A DNA stretch of 64,000 bases from Pseudomonadota bacterium (GCA_046733235.1 JBKPOT010000030.1:1825-65824); one strand, 5' to 3'; shown: positions 46,952-59,465, numbered from the stretch's first letter. Numbers and translations are program-made. The notes: generated by a model from the sequence alone, not told the origin.

Positions 46952-47065
46952 TCAGCCGATCAGCGACTCCTCCCGCTTTCTCACCGGCCACAACTGCCAC
47001 TGAAATAGCCGTCTGTAGATCCCGCCCTCCAGAGCGAGCAGCGCGCCGTGGGCACCGTCCTCGAT
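46952..47065 (-). pseudogene. C-terminal relic (38 codons) of an ABC transporter ATP-binding/permease gene
   Basis: Minus frame reads IEDGAHGALLALEGGIYRRLFQWQLWPVRKREESLIG*, resembling the E-G-T-H-x-x-L-x-x-x-G-x-Y-x-x-L end of exporter NBDs; no matching upstream sequence. Confidence 0.65.
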
Positions 47066-47155
47066 TGAACAGTAGCAGCGGTATCGTCGCCCCAGAGCTT
47101 GACGCACGCCGGGCAATGCGACCTAATGTCTCGAAAACGGCGCGTGGGGCAGCCG

Positions 47156-48436
47156 ATGAGTGCAGATTTGCACAACATCAGAGAGGAGCGCTTTCCGGCA
47201 GAGGTTCTGACTGGAACCGTGCCGTCTGCGGATATCGAATCGTCGGTAGGTGCGCTCGATCTGCGCCAGCGTCGAGCGATCTTTGTGCGATACGCGGTTG
47301 TCGTAGGCCTCATTGCGATCACCGCGAACACGCTTCAAAACCTCGCTATCTTTGAAGCGCAGCGAGCAACGCATTACGTCTTTTGGGCAATCGCACTCGG
47401 CGCTAATCTGTTGACACTCTTTTTCTGGGCTGGGTCGAAATATTACGCCGCCCATCGCTGGATTGACGTCATCATCGCGCTACCCATCATCTTGATGATG
47501 GACGGGTTAAGACGCGTCGACAGCAGCCAAGCCGAGCTGTTTGGGTTCATTCCCGCTGCGACGTTGATGGGGGATTCGATTGTCGCGGTCGCATTTGTTT
47601 CGACCTTCTTCGCGGGTAATTTCAGAGGGTATGCTGTTTGGTGCATAGCGCACGCGCTTTGTTACTATTACTTCTCAATCGAAATGGGTGCGAGCGGTGT
47701 TCAAATCGCGCAGGCGAGTAGTTTCTATGTGCCGATCCTCGTCCTGAGTCTTTATCTTAACTGGGCGATTGAGCGAGAGGGATATAAGAATTTGTATCTT
47801 CGTGTCCAACTTGAGGAGGAAAAAGCAAAGAGCGAAATCCTCCTATACAATGTGCTCCCTGAAGAGGTGGCGCAACGCCTGCGAAGGGGCGAAGCGATAG
47901 CTGATGCTTATTCGGACGCGACGGTAGTTTTTGTCGATATTGTTGGATCGTCCAGCTTGGCTCGCGCGCTATCGCCGCGGCATTTTGTAGCGGTACTCAA
48001 CGATGTCTTCTCCCTTGCCGACAATTGCGCCGAACGTCATGGGGTTGAGAAAGTGAAGACAATTGGCGACGCCTATCTTGCTATCACTGGAGGTCGTGCC
48101 GGCGGCAATGCGGTTGGCGCGGTATGCTTTGCTCTCGAAATGGCACAGAAGGTTCGCGAGCTGGCGCAGACCCGCCAGCTAAGCCTCGATGTTCGTGTTG
48201 GGATCCATACCGGGCCGGTAGTCGGGGGCATCATTGGTGAAACCCGAGCTACTTACGATTATTGGGGGGACACCATGAATGTTGCCGCGAGGGTGCAGGG
48301 CGCTGCCGATGCTGGGGGCGTGACCACGACAGAACCGACCTATTTCGCGACGCGGGAGCATGTTCCCTATCGGCCGCCTCGGATGGCGTCCCTGAAAGGC
48401 ATTGGCGACGTTAAAGTTTTCGACGTCGCCCTTTGA
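47156..48436 (+). CDS. Membrane-bound class III adenylate cyclase (start uncertain, 47099-47156)
   Basis: About 6 TM helices; VFVDIVGSS, KVKTIGDAY, RVGIHTGPVVGG, YDYWGDTMNVAAR; sampled lines about 47-50% GC. Confidence 0.9.
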   Translation: MSADLHNIREERFPAEVLTGTVPSADIESSVGALDLRQRRAIFVRYAVVVGLIAITANTLQNLAIFEAQRATHYVFWAIALGANLLTLFFWAGSKYYAAHRWIDVIIALPIILMMDGLRRVDSSQAELFGFIPAATLMGDSIVAVAFVSTFFAGNFRGYAVWCIAHALCYYYFSIEMGASGVQIAQASSFYVPILVLSLYLNWAIEREGYKNLYLRVQLEEEKAKSEILLYNVLPEEVAQRLRRGEAIADAYSDATVVFVDIVGSSSLARALSPRHFVAVLNDVFSLADNCAERHGVEKVKTIGDAYLAITGGRAGGNAVGAVCFALEMAQKVRELAQTRQLSLDVRVGIHTGPVVGGIIGETRATYDYWGDTMNVAARVQGAADAGGVTTTEPTYFATREHVPYRPPRMASLKGIGDVKVFDVAL

Positions 48437-48520
48437 TCGATCATCGACCATGAACGCAATGTGTTCGCTAGGGTCGATCGAGCGCTTGCTATCGCTGAAG
48501 CCCAACGGCACCCTGCCGGT

Positions 48521-49444
48521 ATGGCCAAGGGCACTCATGACAGCGCTTCCGACGCGCGCAACGCCTCGATCCTGATCAACGTCAACGGCGCATTGAAGCC
48601 GCGGGCCGAGGCCGTCGTCTCCGTGTTCGATTCGGGCTTCATGCTCGGCGACGGCGTCTGGGAGGGGCTTCGGGTCCATAAAGGCCGGATCGCTTTCCTC
48701 GACCGCCACCTCGACCGGCTCTGGGAAGGCGCCAAGGCGATCGCCATGGATATCGGCCTCAGCCGCGATGCGCTCGTCGCCCGCCTCTACGAGACTCTCG
48801 ACGCCAACACCATGGAGGAGGGGGTCCATATCCGGCTGATGGTGACCCGGGGTATCCGGTCGACGCCCTATCAGGACCCGCGGGTCGTGATCTCGCCCGC
48901 GACCATCGTCATCATCCCCGAATATAAGGAGCCGCTTCCAGTCACGGTCGAAAAGGGGATCACCCTGTTCACCGTCCACGTCCGCCGCGGCGACCCGGCG
49001 GTCCAGGACCCGAAGCTCAACTCCCATTCCAAGCTCAACTGCATCACCGCCTGCATCCAGGCGGCGCAGGCCGGCGCGGACGAGGGGCTGATGCTCGATC
49101 CGCACGGCTTCGTCGCGACCTGCAACTCGACCCATTTCTTCATCGTCCGCAAAGGCGAGGTGTGGACCTCGACCGGCGATTATTGCCTCGGCGGGATCAC
49201 CCGCGGCAACGTGATCGAGATCTGCCGGGAGCAGGGCATCCCGGTGTTCGAGAAGAATTTCTCGCTGACCGACGTCTATGGCGCCGAGGAAGCTTTCGTC
49301 ACCGGCACCTTCGCGGGAGTGGTGCCGGTGCGGGTGATCGACGGGCGGCACATCACCGATGGCCGCGGGCCGATGGTCGAGCGGCTCCAGGCCCTCTACA
49401 AGGCACGGATCGAGACCGACGTGGCGGGACAGGCCCGACCCTGA
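48521..49444 (+). CDS. Class IV PLP aminotransferase (branched-chain/D-amino-acid type)
   Basis: VSVFDSGFMLGDGVWEG, HLDRL, NSHSKLN (PLP Lys), LGGITR, EAFVTGT. Confidence 0.93.
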   Translation: MAKGTHDSASDARNASILINVNGALKPRAEAVVSVFDSGFMLGDGVWEGLRVHKGRIAFLDRHLDRLWEGAKAIAMDIGLSRDALVARLYETLDANTMEEGVHIRLMVTRGIRSTPYQDPRVVISPATIVIIPEYKEPLPVTVEKGITLFTVHVRRGDPAVQDPKLNSHSKLNCITACIQAAQAGADEGLMLDPHGFVATCNSTHFFIVRKGEVWTSTGDYCLGGITRGNVIEICREQGIPVFEKNFSLTDVYGAEEAFVTGTFAGVVPVRVIDGRHITDGRGPMVERLQALYKARIETDVAGQARP

Positions 49445-50169
49445 TGGACCCGCTACGGATCGCGATGTGGTCCGGTCCGCGCAACCTCTCGACGGCGATG
49501 ATGCGCAGCTTCGGCAACCGCTCCGACACGTTCGTCAGCGACGAGCCCTATTACGGCGCCTTCCTGAAGCAGAGCGGCGCTCAGCACCCGATGCGCGACG
49601 AGGTGATCGCCGCGATGGACTGCGACTGGCACAGAATCGCCGCGACCCTGAGCGGGCCGTGCCCGGGCGGTTCGGCGATCTGGTACCAGAAACATATGTG
49701 GCACCACATGATCGGCCCGATCGGGCACGAGCATTTCGCCGGCTTCACCCACGCCTTCCTGATCCGCGATCCGGCCCGGATGATCGCTTCCTATCTGAGG
49801 AAAAGAGAAAGCGCGGCGTTCGAGGATTTCGGGCTCGAACGGCAGGCCGATTTCTTCGAACGCGAGGCCGACCGGCTCGGCCACGCCCCGCCGGTGGTCG
49901 ACGCCGGCGACGTGCTCGCCGCGCCGCAGGCGACTCTCGGCGCATTATGCTCGAGCCTCTCAATCCCGTTCGATCCGTCGATGCTGAGCTGGCCGCCGGG
50001 CCGCCGGGCGACCGACGGGCCGTGGGCGAGCCATTGGTACCGGGCGGTCGAAGCGAGCACCGGTTTCGGCCCGCCCGAGGAGGATGAAGTCGATCTGCCG
50101 GACGAGGCGAGGCGCCTCGCCGACCGCTGCCGGCCTTATTATGAGCGGCTCGCCGCGTACCGCATCTGA
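49444..50169 (+). CDS. Sulfotransferase-like protein of the aminotransferase-associated type
   Basis: TGATG-coupled; IAMWSGPRNLSTAMMRSF, YQKHM, FLIRDP, WASHWY. Confidence 0.88.
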   Translation: MDPLRIAMWSGPRNLSTAMMRSFGNRSDTFVSDEPYYGAFLKQSGAQHPMRDEVIAAMDCDWHRIAATLSGPCPGGSAIWYQKHMWHHMIGPIGHEHFAGFTHAFLIRDPARMIASYLRKRESAAFEDFGLERQADFFEREADRLGHAPPVVDAGDVLAAPQATLGALCSSLSIPFDPSMLSWPPGRRATDGPWASHWYRAVEASTGFGPPEEDEVDLPDEARRLADRCRPYYERLAAYRI

Positions 50170-51353
50170 AGCGCGGCGGGCGGCGCCAGCAGCCGGGCCG
50201 AGACCGCGACGGTCGCGGCGATCATCAGCAGCGCGCCGACCGTCGCGGGCCGGGGGTCGCTGATCAGATAGGACCAGAGCGCGAGGACCGAGCCGGTCTG
50301 CACCGCGGCGAGGACCAGGCAGCTTCTCCGGTCCCGGTTGCGCAGCGCAAGTACCAGAGCGAGCGCGTCGGCGAGGAAGAAATAACGGTCGTGCATCCGG
50401 GGCAGCAGGCCGGGCAGGATCAGCGCCGACAGCAAAGCCGCTTCGATCATTTCGCTTTCGCCGAACCGCCGGCCGAACCGGGCGATAAAGGCGAGGCTCG
50501 CGGCGCCCGCCGAGAGGAAAGCGGCCGCCGAGAGCGGCAGCGATTGGGCGCCGGGCAGCTGCTGCGCGATCAGCCACAGATTGGGCGCGTTCATGCTGAG
50601 ATCGTCGAAATATTGGGCCTGGCGGAGGTAGATTGTGGCAAGATCCGCGGCTGGCCAGCCCGCCGCCCAGGCCGGCGCCATCAACGCCGCATAGACGGCC
50701 GGGGGGATCAACCAGTGCCGGAGCGGCGCGCGCTGATCGATCAGGCAGGCGATGGCGAAGGGCGCGATGAAGATCGCCTGCGCCTTGATCGAGAAGGCGA
50801 TCCCGCACCAGACCAGCATCGCCGCCGGCCGCCGCTCGATCGCGCAGGCGACCGCAAGCAGGCATGGCGCCGCCCACAAGGCGTCGCACTGGCCGAGGAA
50901 GGCCGCGTTGAGCAGGATGGTCGGCAGGAGCAGCATCAGCGCCGCGGCGCGCGGGCCGGATCGAGCCCCCGAAGCCGCCAGGATCCGGTGCGCTCCCCAG
51001 GCGAGCCAGGCGTTGCCGAGCACCGAGATGCCCTTGATGATCGTGATCTTGTGGACGATCGCGAGCAAGGGCGAGGCCAGAGCAAGCAGATAGAGATAGA
51101 CGGGCGTGTAGTTCGAGAAGGGATGGGCGAAGGCGCCGACCGGTCCCTCGGCCTCGATGTGCCCGAGCCAGGGATAGAGAAACGCCTTCATGTCGAAGGT
51201 CTCGGCCGGCCAGAAGGCGCCATAGGCCGCGATCGCGAGGGCGAGGGTGATTCCAAGGCGCGGCAAAGCGGCGTCGCCCGGGCGTCCGTCGTCCGGCTGA
51301 CCGGCGCCGGACCGGGCCGGAATCGCCTCATCCATCCTCTCAGCTATGCCCAT
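50139..51353 (-). CDS. GT-C fold polytopic glycosyltransferase (mannosyltransferase-like)
   Basis: TFDMKAFLYPW, SNYTPVYLY, LNAAFLGQCDALW, KAQAIF, LPRMHDRYFF. Confidence 0.85.
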   Translation of the reverse strand: MGIAERMDEAIPARSGAGQPDDGRPGDAALPRLGITLALAIAAYGAFWPAETFDMKAFLYPWLGHIEAEGPVGAFAHPFSNYTPVYLYLLALASPLLAIVHKITIIKGISVLGNAWLAWGAHRILAASGARSGPRAAALMLLLPTILLNAAFLGQCDALWAAPCLLAVACAIERRPAAMLVWCGIAFSIKAQAIFIAPFAIACLIDQRAPLRHWLIPPAVYAALMAPAWAAGWPAADLATIYLRQAQYFDDLSMNAPNLWLIAQQLPGAQSLPLSAAAFLSAGAASLAFIARFGRRFGESEMIEAALLSALILPGLLPRMHDRYFFLADALALVLALRNRDRRSCLVLAAVQTGSVLALWSYLISDPRPATVGALLMIAATVAVSARLLAPPAALQMRYAASRS

Positions 51354-51448
51354 CCTCGCGGGTGTGGCGCCGGGATGGTTAATCTTTGGTTGGCGAAGCG
51401 CGCCGCCTGGCCGATTTTCGGGCCCGCGCAGGTTGCAAACTTCCGCCG

Positions 51449-51477
51449 TTGACCCATATGGGATGCACGGCTATAGG
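51449..51477 (+). promoter_or_regulatory. Sigma70-type promoter of the str operon
   Basis: TTGACC-N17-TATAGG upstream of rpsL. Confidence 0.7.
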
Positions 51478-51640
51478 CCGCGTCGCCCGGGGCTGGTGGT
51501 GGTTTTCAGACCAGACGCTGTCCTGAGACGGGCGCAGAGCTTGAACATTGCTGCATGACCAAGGGCCTGGGGGGCCGATAGGCCGCCGGGGCTTTTGCGC
51601 TTTTCGCATGCCGCAAAGTAACTGAGGAAGTGAAGGCTTC

Positions 51641-52012
51641 ATGCCGACGATCAACCAGCTGATCCGCAAGGGTCGGGAGCCGCAAAAGGCTAAATCCAAG
51701 GTTCCCGCGATGGAGCAGAACCCGCAGAAGCGGGGAGTCTGCACGCGCGTCTACACAACCACTCCGAAGAAGCCGAACTCGGCTCTCCGCAAGGTCGCCA
51801 AGGTCCGACTGACCAACCAGCGCGAAGTGATCAGCTATATTCCGGGTGAAGGCCACAACCTTCAGGAGCATAGCGTCGTCCTGATCCGAGGCGGCCGAGT
51901 CCGCGACCTTCCGGGCGTCCGCTACCACGTCCTGCGCGGAGTCCTCGACACCCAGGGTGTCAAGGATCGCCGCCAGTCCCGCTCGAAGTACGGCGCCAAG
52001 CGCCCGAAATGA
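51641..52012 (+). CDS. rpsL: 30S ribosomal protein S12
   Basis: [10 protein letters not shown]...[13 protein letters not shown]...DLPGVRY. Confidence 0.99.
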   Translation: MPTINQLIRKGREPQKAKSKVPAMEQNPQKRGVCTRVYTTTPKKPNSALRKVAKVRLTNQREVISYIPGEGHNLQEHSVVLIRGGRVRDLPGVRYHVLRGVLDTQGVKDRRQSRSKYGAKRPK

Positions 52013-52037
52013 CCGAGCGGGCGTAAGCCCGCGTAGA

Positions 52038-52091
52038 GCCACCCCGGCGAAGGCCGGGGTCCCGACTGGATCCCGGCCTTCGCCGGGAAAC
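52038..52091. repeat. REP-like palindromic repeat, family I variant
   Basis: GCCACCCCGGCGAAGGCCGGGGTCCC-GA-CTGGATCCCGGCCTTCGCCGGGAAAC. Confidence 0.8.
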
Positions 52092-52155
52092 ATGATGAGG
52101 AGTAAGCCCCGGACGGGTTCCGGACCAGGCTGAAGAAGAAAAAGGATTTGAACGA

Positions 52156-52626
52156 ATGTCCCGTCGCCGCCGCCCAGAGAAGCGCGAGATCCTGCCCGAT
52201 CCGAAGTTCGGGGATATCGTGCTCAGCAAGTTCATGAACAGCGTCATGCTCGACGGCAAGAAGTCCGTCGCCGAAGGAATCGTCTACGGCGCCTTCGAGA
52301 CGGTCGAGAGCCGCGCCAAGCGCGATCCGCTCGCGGTCTTCCACGACGCCTTGAACAACATCAAGCCGGGCATCGAGGTCCGCAGCCGCCGGGTCGGCGG
52401 CGCCACCTATCAGGTTCCGGTCGAGGTCCGTCCGGACCGCGCCCAGGCGCTCGCAATCCGCTGGCTGATCACCGCGGCACGCGCGCGATCGGAGAATACG
52501 ATGTCGGCCCGCCTCTCGGGCGAGCTGATGGACGCCGCCAACAATCGCGGCAACGCGGTGAAGAAGCGCGAGGACACGCACCGGATGGCCGAGGCCAACC
52601 GCGCCTTCTCGCACTACCGCTGGTAA
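52156..52626 (+). CDS. rpsG: 30S ribosomal protein S7
   Basis: [10 protein letters not shown]...[11 protein letters not shown]...[13 protein letters not shown]. Confidence 0.99.
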   Translation: MSRRRRPEKREILPDPKFGDIVLSKFMNSVMLDGKKSVAEGIVYGAFETVESRAKRDPLAVFHDALNNIKPGIEVRSRRVGGATYQVPVEVRPDRAQALAIRWLITAARARSENTMSARLSGELMDAANNRGNAVKKREDTHRMAEANRAFSHYRW

Positions 52627-52663
52627 CCAATTGAACGCCGGGCCGGAGCCCGGCCTGGAGTGA

Positions 52664-54745
<2,082 letters not shown>

Positions 54746-54792
54746 CCGAATTGAATTTTTGGAATTAGACAGAAAGAATGAGGGTTTAGGAA

Positions 54793-55983
54793 ATGGCCAA
54801 AGCTAAATTCGAGCGGACGAAGCCGCATTGCAACATCGGCACCATCGGTCACGTCGACCATGGCAAGACGTCGCTCACCGCGGCGATCACCAAGGTCCTC
54901 GCCAAGACCGGCGGCGCCACCTACACGAGCTATGCGAATATCGACAAGGCTCCCGAGGAGCGCGAGCGCGGAATCACCATTTCGACCGCCCACGTCGAAT
55001 ATGAGACCGAGGCGCGCCACTACGCCCACGTCGACTGCCCGGGCCACGCCGACTATGTGAAGAACATGATCACCGGCGCCGCCCAGATGGACGGAGCGAT
55101 CCTGGTCGTCTCGGCCGCCGACGGCCCGATGCCGCAGACCCGCGAGCACATCCTGCTCGCCAAGCAGGTCGGCGTTCCGGCGATGGTCGTCTACATGAAC
55201 AAGGTCGACCAGGTCGACGACGAGGAGCTGCTGGAGCTGGTCGAGCTCGAGATTCGCGAGCTTCTCTCGTCCTACGACTTCCCCGGCGACGACATTCCGA
55301 TCGTCAAGGGTTCGGCTCTCGCCGCGCTCGAGGACAAGACTCCGGAGATCGGCGAGAACAGCGTTCTCGAGCTGATGAAGGCGGTCGACTCCTACATCCC
55401 GCAGCCGGAGCGTCCGCTCGACAAGGCCTTCCTGATGCCGATCGAGGACGTCTTCTCGATCTCGGGCCGCGGAACGGTCGTCACCGGGCGAGTCGAGACC
55501 GGAATCGTCAAGGTCGGCGAGGAAGTCGAGATCGTCGGCATCACCGACACTCACAAGACCGTCGTGACCGGCGTCGAGATGTTCCGCAAGCTGCTCGATC
55601 AGGGCCAAGCCGGCGACAATATCGGCGCCCTGCTCCGCGGCGTGCCGCGTGACGGCGTCGAGCGCGGCCAGGTCCTGGCCAAGCCGGGCTCGATCACTCC
55701 GCACACCGACTTCAAGGCCGAGGTCTATGTCCTCTCCAAGGACGAAGGCGGCCGTCACACGCCGTTCTTCGCCAATTACCGCCCGCAATTCTACTTCCGC
55801 ACGACCGACGTGACGGGCGAAGTGGTTCTGCCGGAGGGAACCGAGATGGTCATGCCCGGCGACAATGTGAACCTCGGCGTCAAGCTGATCGCTCCGATCG
55901 CCATGGACCAGGGCCTGCGCTTCGCGATCCGCGAGGGCGGCCGGACCGTCGGCGCGGGGGTTGTCGCGGAGATCACTAAGTAA
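54793..55983 (+). CDS. tuf: Elongation factor Tu
   Basis: [30 protein letters not shown]. Confidence 0.99.
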   Translation: MAKAKFERTKPHCNIGTIGHVDHGKTSLTAAITKVLAKTGGATYTSYANIDKAPEERERGITISTAHVEYETEARHYAHVDCPGHADYVKNMITGAAQMDGAILVVSAADGPMPQTREHILLAKQVGVPAMVVYMNKVDQVDDEELLELVELEIRELLSSYDFPGDDIPIVKGSALAALEDKTPEIGENSVLELMKAVDSYIPQPERPLDKAFLMPIEDVFSISGRGTVVTGRVETGIVKVGEEVEIVGITDTHKTVVTGVEMFRKLLDQGQAGDNIGALLRGVPRDGVERGQVLAKPGSITPHTDFKAEVYVLSKDEGGRHTPFFANYRPQFYFRTTDVTGEVVLPEGTEMVMPGDNVNLGVKLIAPIAMDQGLRFAIREGGRTVGAGVVAEITK

Positions 55984-55989
55984 TATAGG
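55961..55989 (+). promoter_or_regulatory. Putative S10-operon promoter overlapping the end of tuf
   Basis: TTGTCG-N17-TATAGG; same -10 and spacing as the rpsL promoter. Confidence 0.55.
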
Positions 55990-55995
55990 GCCGTC

Positions 55996-56034
55996 AGCCG
56001 CCCGGGTCGGGAGATTCGGGCGGCTCGCCTTTTT
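55996..56034 (+). terminator. Terminator/attenuator-like hairpin between tuf and rpsJ
   Basis: AGCCGCCCGG...TCGGGCGGCT followed by CGCCTTTTT. Confidence 0.6.
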
Positions 56035-56128
56035 AGTATGAGTTTTGGCCAGTCCGGGGCCGCGAGGGCCCGGGTGGTTTTGTTTGGTTCGCTCCTTCGG
56101 GAGCAGGCTCTTTGGCATCGGTAGGGAC

Positions 56129-56440
<312 letters not shown>

Positions 56441-56451
56441 CCGCCAGTTAC

Positions 56452-56558
56452 GCCACCCCAGCGAAGGCTGGGGTCCATCGGGCCTCCGAGGCCGCTTGGA
56501 TGCCAGCTTTCGCTGGCATGACGGAAAAAGGATGGGTCCCAGCTTTCGCTGGGACTGC
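56452..56558. repeat. REP-like palindromic repeat, family I, plus an extra single arm
   Basis: GCCACCCCAGCGAAGGCTGGGGTCCA...TGGATGCCAGCTTTCGCTGGCATGAC, then TGGGTCCCAGCTTTCGCTGGGAC. Confidence 0.88.
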
Positions 56559-56731
56559 GAATGAAGACCCCCGGGTTTTCATTCTTGGGATACCGCACGG
56601 ATCCGTCCGTGGTCTGCGTCCCCCGCATCTCCGCTTCGGCGGGGAACACAGCCCAGGCGGGGTGATGCATCTGTTTCGGGCTGTTCACGCCCGCGGCTTC
56701 GCCGTGGGCCTCTGATTGAAAGGATCTGGTC

Positions 56732-57658
56732 ATGCGCACCGGCGTGATCGCGAAGAAAATGGGGATGACCCGCTTGTTCCAGGAGGACGGCCGCCACGTG
56801 CCGGTCACCGTCCTGGCGCTCGACAATGTCCAGGTCGTGGCTCGCCGCGAGACCGGGCGCGACGGCTATGCCGCCGTCCAGCTCGGCGCCGGCACCGCCA
56901 AGGCCAAGAACGTCGCCAAGCCGCAGCGCGGCCATTTCGGCAAGGCCGAGGTCGAGCCGAAGGCGCGGGTCGCCGAGTTCGTCGTCGCCGAGGATGCTCT
57001 CCTCGACGTCGGCGCCGAGCTGACCGCCGGCCATTATGTCGCCGGCCAGATGGTCGACATCCAGGGCGTCACCCAGGGCAAGGGCTTTGCCGGCGGAATG
57101 AAGCGCTGGGGCTTCGGCGGACTTCGAGCCACCCACGGCGTGTCGCTCTCGCACCGCTCATTGGGTTCGACGGGCCAGCGCCAGGATCCGGGCCGGGTCT
57201 TCAAGAACAAGAAGATGGCCGGCCATATGGGCGCGAAGAACCGCACCCAGCAGAATCTCGAAGTGGTCCGCACCGACGTCGAGCGCGGCCTGATCTTCGT
57301 CAAGGGATCGGTCCCCGGCCACAAGGGCGGCTGGCTGCTGGTCAAGGATTCGGTCAAGGTGCCGCGTCCGGACGAGGCGCCTTATCCCGCCGGCCTTCGC
57401 GCGCTGGTCGAGGAAATCGTCCATGAGGAAGCTCCGGCCGGAATGGTCGAGGAAGCCGCCGTCCACGAGATCCCGGCGCTTCCGGGCGCCGAGGAAGTCG
57501 CCGCCGGAGTCGCCGAGGCCGACGCCCACGCGGCAGAGACCGCCGAGGCTGAAGCCGCCGAGGAGGCCCAGGCCGAAGCGCCTGCCGCCGACGCCGCAAA
57601 TGAAGACAATCAGGCTGGCGGCGATACGCCCAAGGCCGACGAAGGCCAGGAAGGCTAA
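56732..57658 (+). CDS. rplC: 50S ribosomal protein L3 with a long acidic C-terminal extension
   Basis: [13 protein letters not shown]...[11 protein letters not shown]...KMAGHMG; about 75-aa E/A-rich tail. Confidence 0.99.
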   Translation: MRTGVIAKKMGMTRLFQEDGRHVPVTVLALDNVQVVARRETGRDGYAAVQLGAGTAKAKNVAKPQRGHFGKAEVEPKARVAEFVVAEDALLDVGAELTAGHYVAGQMVDIQGVTQGKGFAGGMKRWGFGGLRATHGVSLSHRSLGSTGQRQDPGRVFKNKKMAGHMGAKNRTQQNLEVVRTDVERGLIFVKGSVPGHKGGWLLVKDSVKVPRPDEAPYPAGLRALVEEIVHEEAPAGMVEEAAVHEIPALPGAEEVAAGVAEADAHAAETAEAEAAEEAQAEAPAADAANEDNQAGGDTPKADEGQEG

Positions 57659-57661
57659 GTC

Positions 57662-58303
57662 ATGAAGGTCAAGGTTCAGACCCTGGGAGATTCTGGCTCC
57701 AGCAAGGGCAAGGGCTCGGACATCGAGCTCAACGACGAGGTGTTCGGTGTGGAGCCGCGCGCCGACATCCTTCACCGGGTCGTCACCTGGCAGCTCGAGA
57801 AGCGCCGCGGCACCGCCCGCGCCGCCCGCGAGCGCTCGGACGTCGCCCGCACCGGCAAGAAGTTCGGCCGCCAGAAGGGCGGCGGAACCGCCCGTCACGG
57901 CGACCGCCGCGCCCCGATCTTCGTCGGCGGCGGCAAGGCGCACGGCCCCCGGGTCCGCGACTTCAACCCGTCGCTGAACAAGAAAGTGCGGGCGCTCGGC
58001 CTGAAGATGGCGCTTTCCGCCAAGGCCCGCGACGGCCAGCTGATCGTGATGGAGAATCTCGACGTCAAGGAAGCGAAGACCAAGTCGCTCAAAGAGCAGC
58101 TCGGCAAGCTCGGCTTCGGCAAGACGGCCCTGGTGATCGACGGCGACGCATTGAACGTCGGCTTCGCTCAGGCCTCGTCGAACCTTCGCGAGATCGCTTT
58201 GCTGCCGGCGGTCGGAGCCAATGTCTACGACATATTGAAGCATGAGACTCTGGTGCTGACCCGCGCCGCGGTCGAGAGCCTGGAGGCGCGGTTCAATGGC
58301 TAA
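57662..58303 (+). CDS. rplD: 50S ribosomal protein L4
   Basis: [18 protein letters not shown]. Confidence 0.99.
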   Translation: MKVKVQTLGDSGSSKGKGSDIELNDEVFGVEPRADILHRVVTWQLEKRRGTARAARERSDVARTGKKFGRQKGGGTARHGDRRAPIFVGGGKAHGPRVRDFNPSLNKKVRALGLKMALSAKARDGQLIVMENLDVKEAKTKSLKEQLGKLGFGKTALVIDGDALNVGFAQASSNLREIALLPAVGANVYDILKHETLVLTRAAVESLEARFNG

Positions 58304-58613
58304 GAAGCCTGCCAAGACGGCGATCGACATCAACCATTATGATGTCGTCCTCGCCCCTCACATCACCGAGAAGTCGACTTTGCTCTCCGAGCAGAATGCG
58401 GTCGTCTTCAAGGTCGCGAACGACGCCACCAAGCCGCAGATCAAGGCGGCGGTGGAGGCTCTGTTCGGAGTCAGCGTGACTGGCGTGAACACCATCACCC
58501 AGAAGGGCAAGACCAAGCGCTGGAAGGGCCGTCCCTATCAGCGTTCGGACATGAAGAAGGCGATCGTGACGCTGGCCGAGGGCCAGTCCATCGACGTCAC
58601 CAGCACGATCTGA
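58296..58613 (+). CDS. rplW: 50S ribosomal protein L23
   Basis: PHITEKS...[12 protein letters not shown]...KKAIVTL. Confidence 0.98.
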   Translation: MAKKPAKTAIDINHYDVVLAPHITEKSTLLSEQNAVVFKVANDATKPQIKAAVEALFGVSVTGVNTITQKGKTKRWKGRPYQRSDMKKAIVTLAEGQSIDVTSTI

Positions 58614-58625
58614 GGCTAGGGCAAG

Positions 58626-59462
58626 ATGGCACTCAAGAAATACAATCCGACGACCTCGTCGCAGCGCGGCCTGATCCTCGTCGACAAATCGTCGCTGTGG
58701 AAGGGCAAGCCGGTCAAGGCTCTGACCGAGGGCAAGCGCAAGACGGGCGGCCGCAACAATAAGGGCCATGTCACGTCGCGCGGGATCGCCGGCGGCCACA
58801 AGCAGCGCTACCGCTATATCGACTTCAAGCGTCGCAAGTGGGACGTTCCGGCCACGGTCGAGCGGCTCGAATATGACCCGAACCGCACCGCCTTCATCGC
58901 CCTCGTCAAATATGAGGACGGCGAGGTCGCCTACATCATCGCTCCGCAGCGTCTCGCTCCCGGCGATTCGATCGTCGCCGGCAAGAAGGTCGACGTGAAG
59001 CCGGGCAATGCGATGGAATTGGGCCAGATGCCGGTCGGAACCATCGTCCACAATGTCGAGATGAAGCCGGGCAAGGGCGGCCAGATCGCCCGTTCGGCCG
59101 GAACCTATGTCCAGGTCGTCGGCCGCGACCGCGGAATGGTCATGGTCAGGCTCAATTCAGGCGAGCAGCGCTACATCCGCTCGGACTGCATGGGCACGGT
59201 CGGAGCCGTCTCCAACCCGGACAACCAGAACCAGAATTTCGCCAAGGCCGGCCGAAGCCGCTGGATGGGCCGCCGTCCGCTGACCCGCGGAGTCGCCAAG
59301 AACCCGGTCGACCACCCGCATGGCGGCGGCGAAGGCCGCACCTCGGGCGGCCGTCATCCGGTCACTCCGTGGGGCAAGCCGACCAAGGGCGCCCGAACCC
59401 GTTCGAACAAGGCTACGGACAAGATGATCATCCGGTCCCGTCACGCAAAGAAGAAGAGGTAA
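58626..59462 (+). CDS. rplB: 50S ribosomal protein L2
   Basis: [27 protein letters not shown]. Confidence 0.99.
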   Translation: MALKKYNPTTSSQRGLILVDKSSLWKGKPVKALTEGKRKTGGRNNKGHVTSRGIAGGHKQRYRYIDFKRRKWDVPATVERLEYDPNRTAFIALVKYEDGEVAYIIAPQRLAPGDSIVAGKKVDVKPGNAMELGQMPVGTIVHNVEMKPGKGGQIARSAGTYVQVVGRDRGMVMVRLNSGEQRYIRSDCMGTVGAVSNPDNQNQNFAKAGRSRWMGRRPLTRGVAKNPVDHPHGGGEGRTSGGRHPVTPWGKPTKGARTRSNKATDKMIIRSRHAKKKR

Positions 59463-59465
59463 GAG

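Noticed and set aside
47156-48436. Cyclase as a Pycsar- or CBASS-type defence enzyme
   Set aside because: Canonical ATP-specifying Lys/Asp, sensor-like TM region and no adjacent effector gene
33340-48460. Prophage or integrative element explaining the low-GC genes
   Set aside because: No integrase, transposase, tRNA or att-like direct repeats seen; the foreign genes are isolated insertions among core genes
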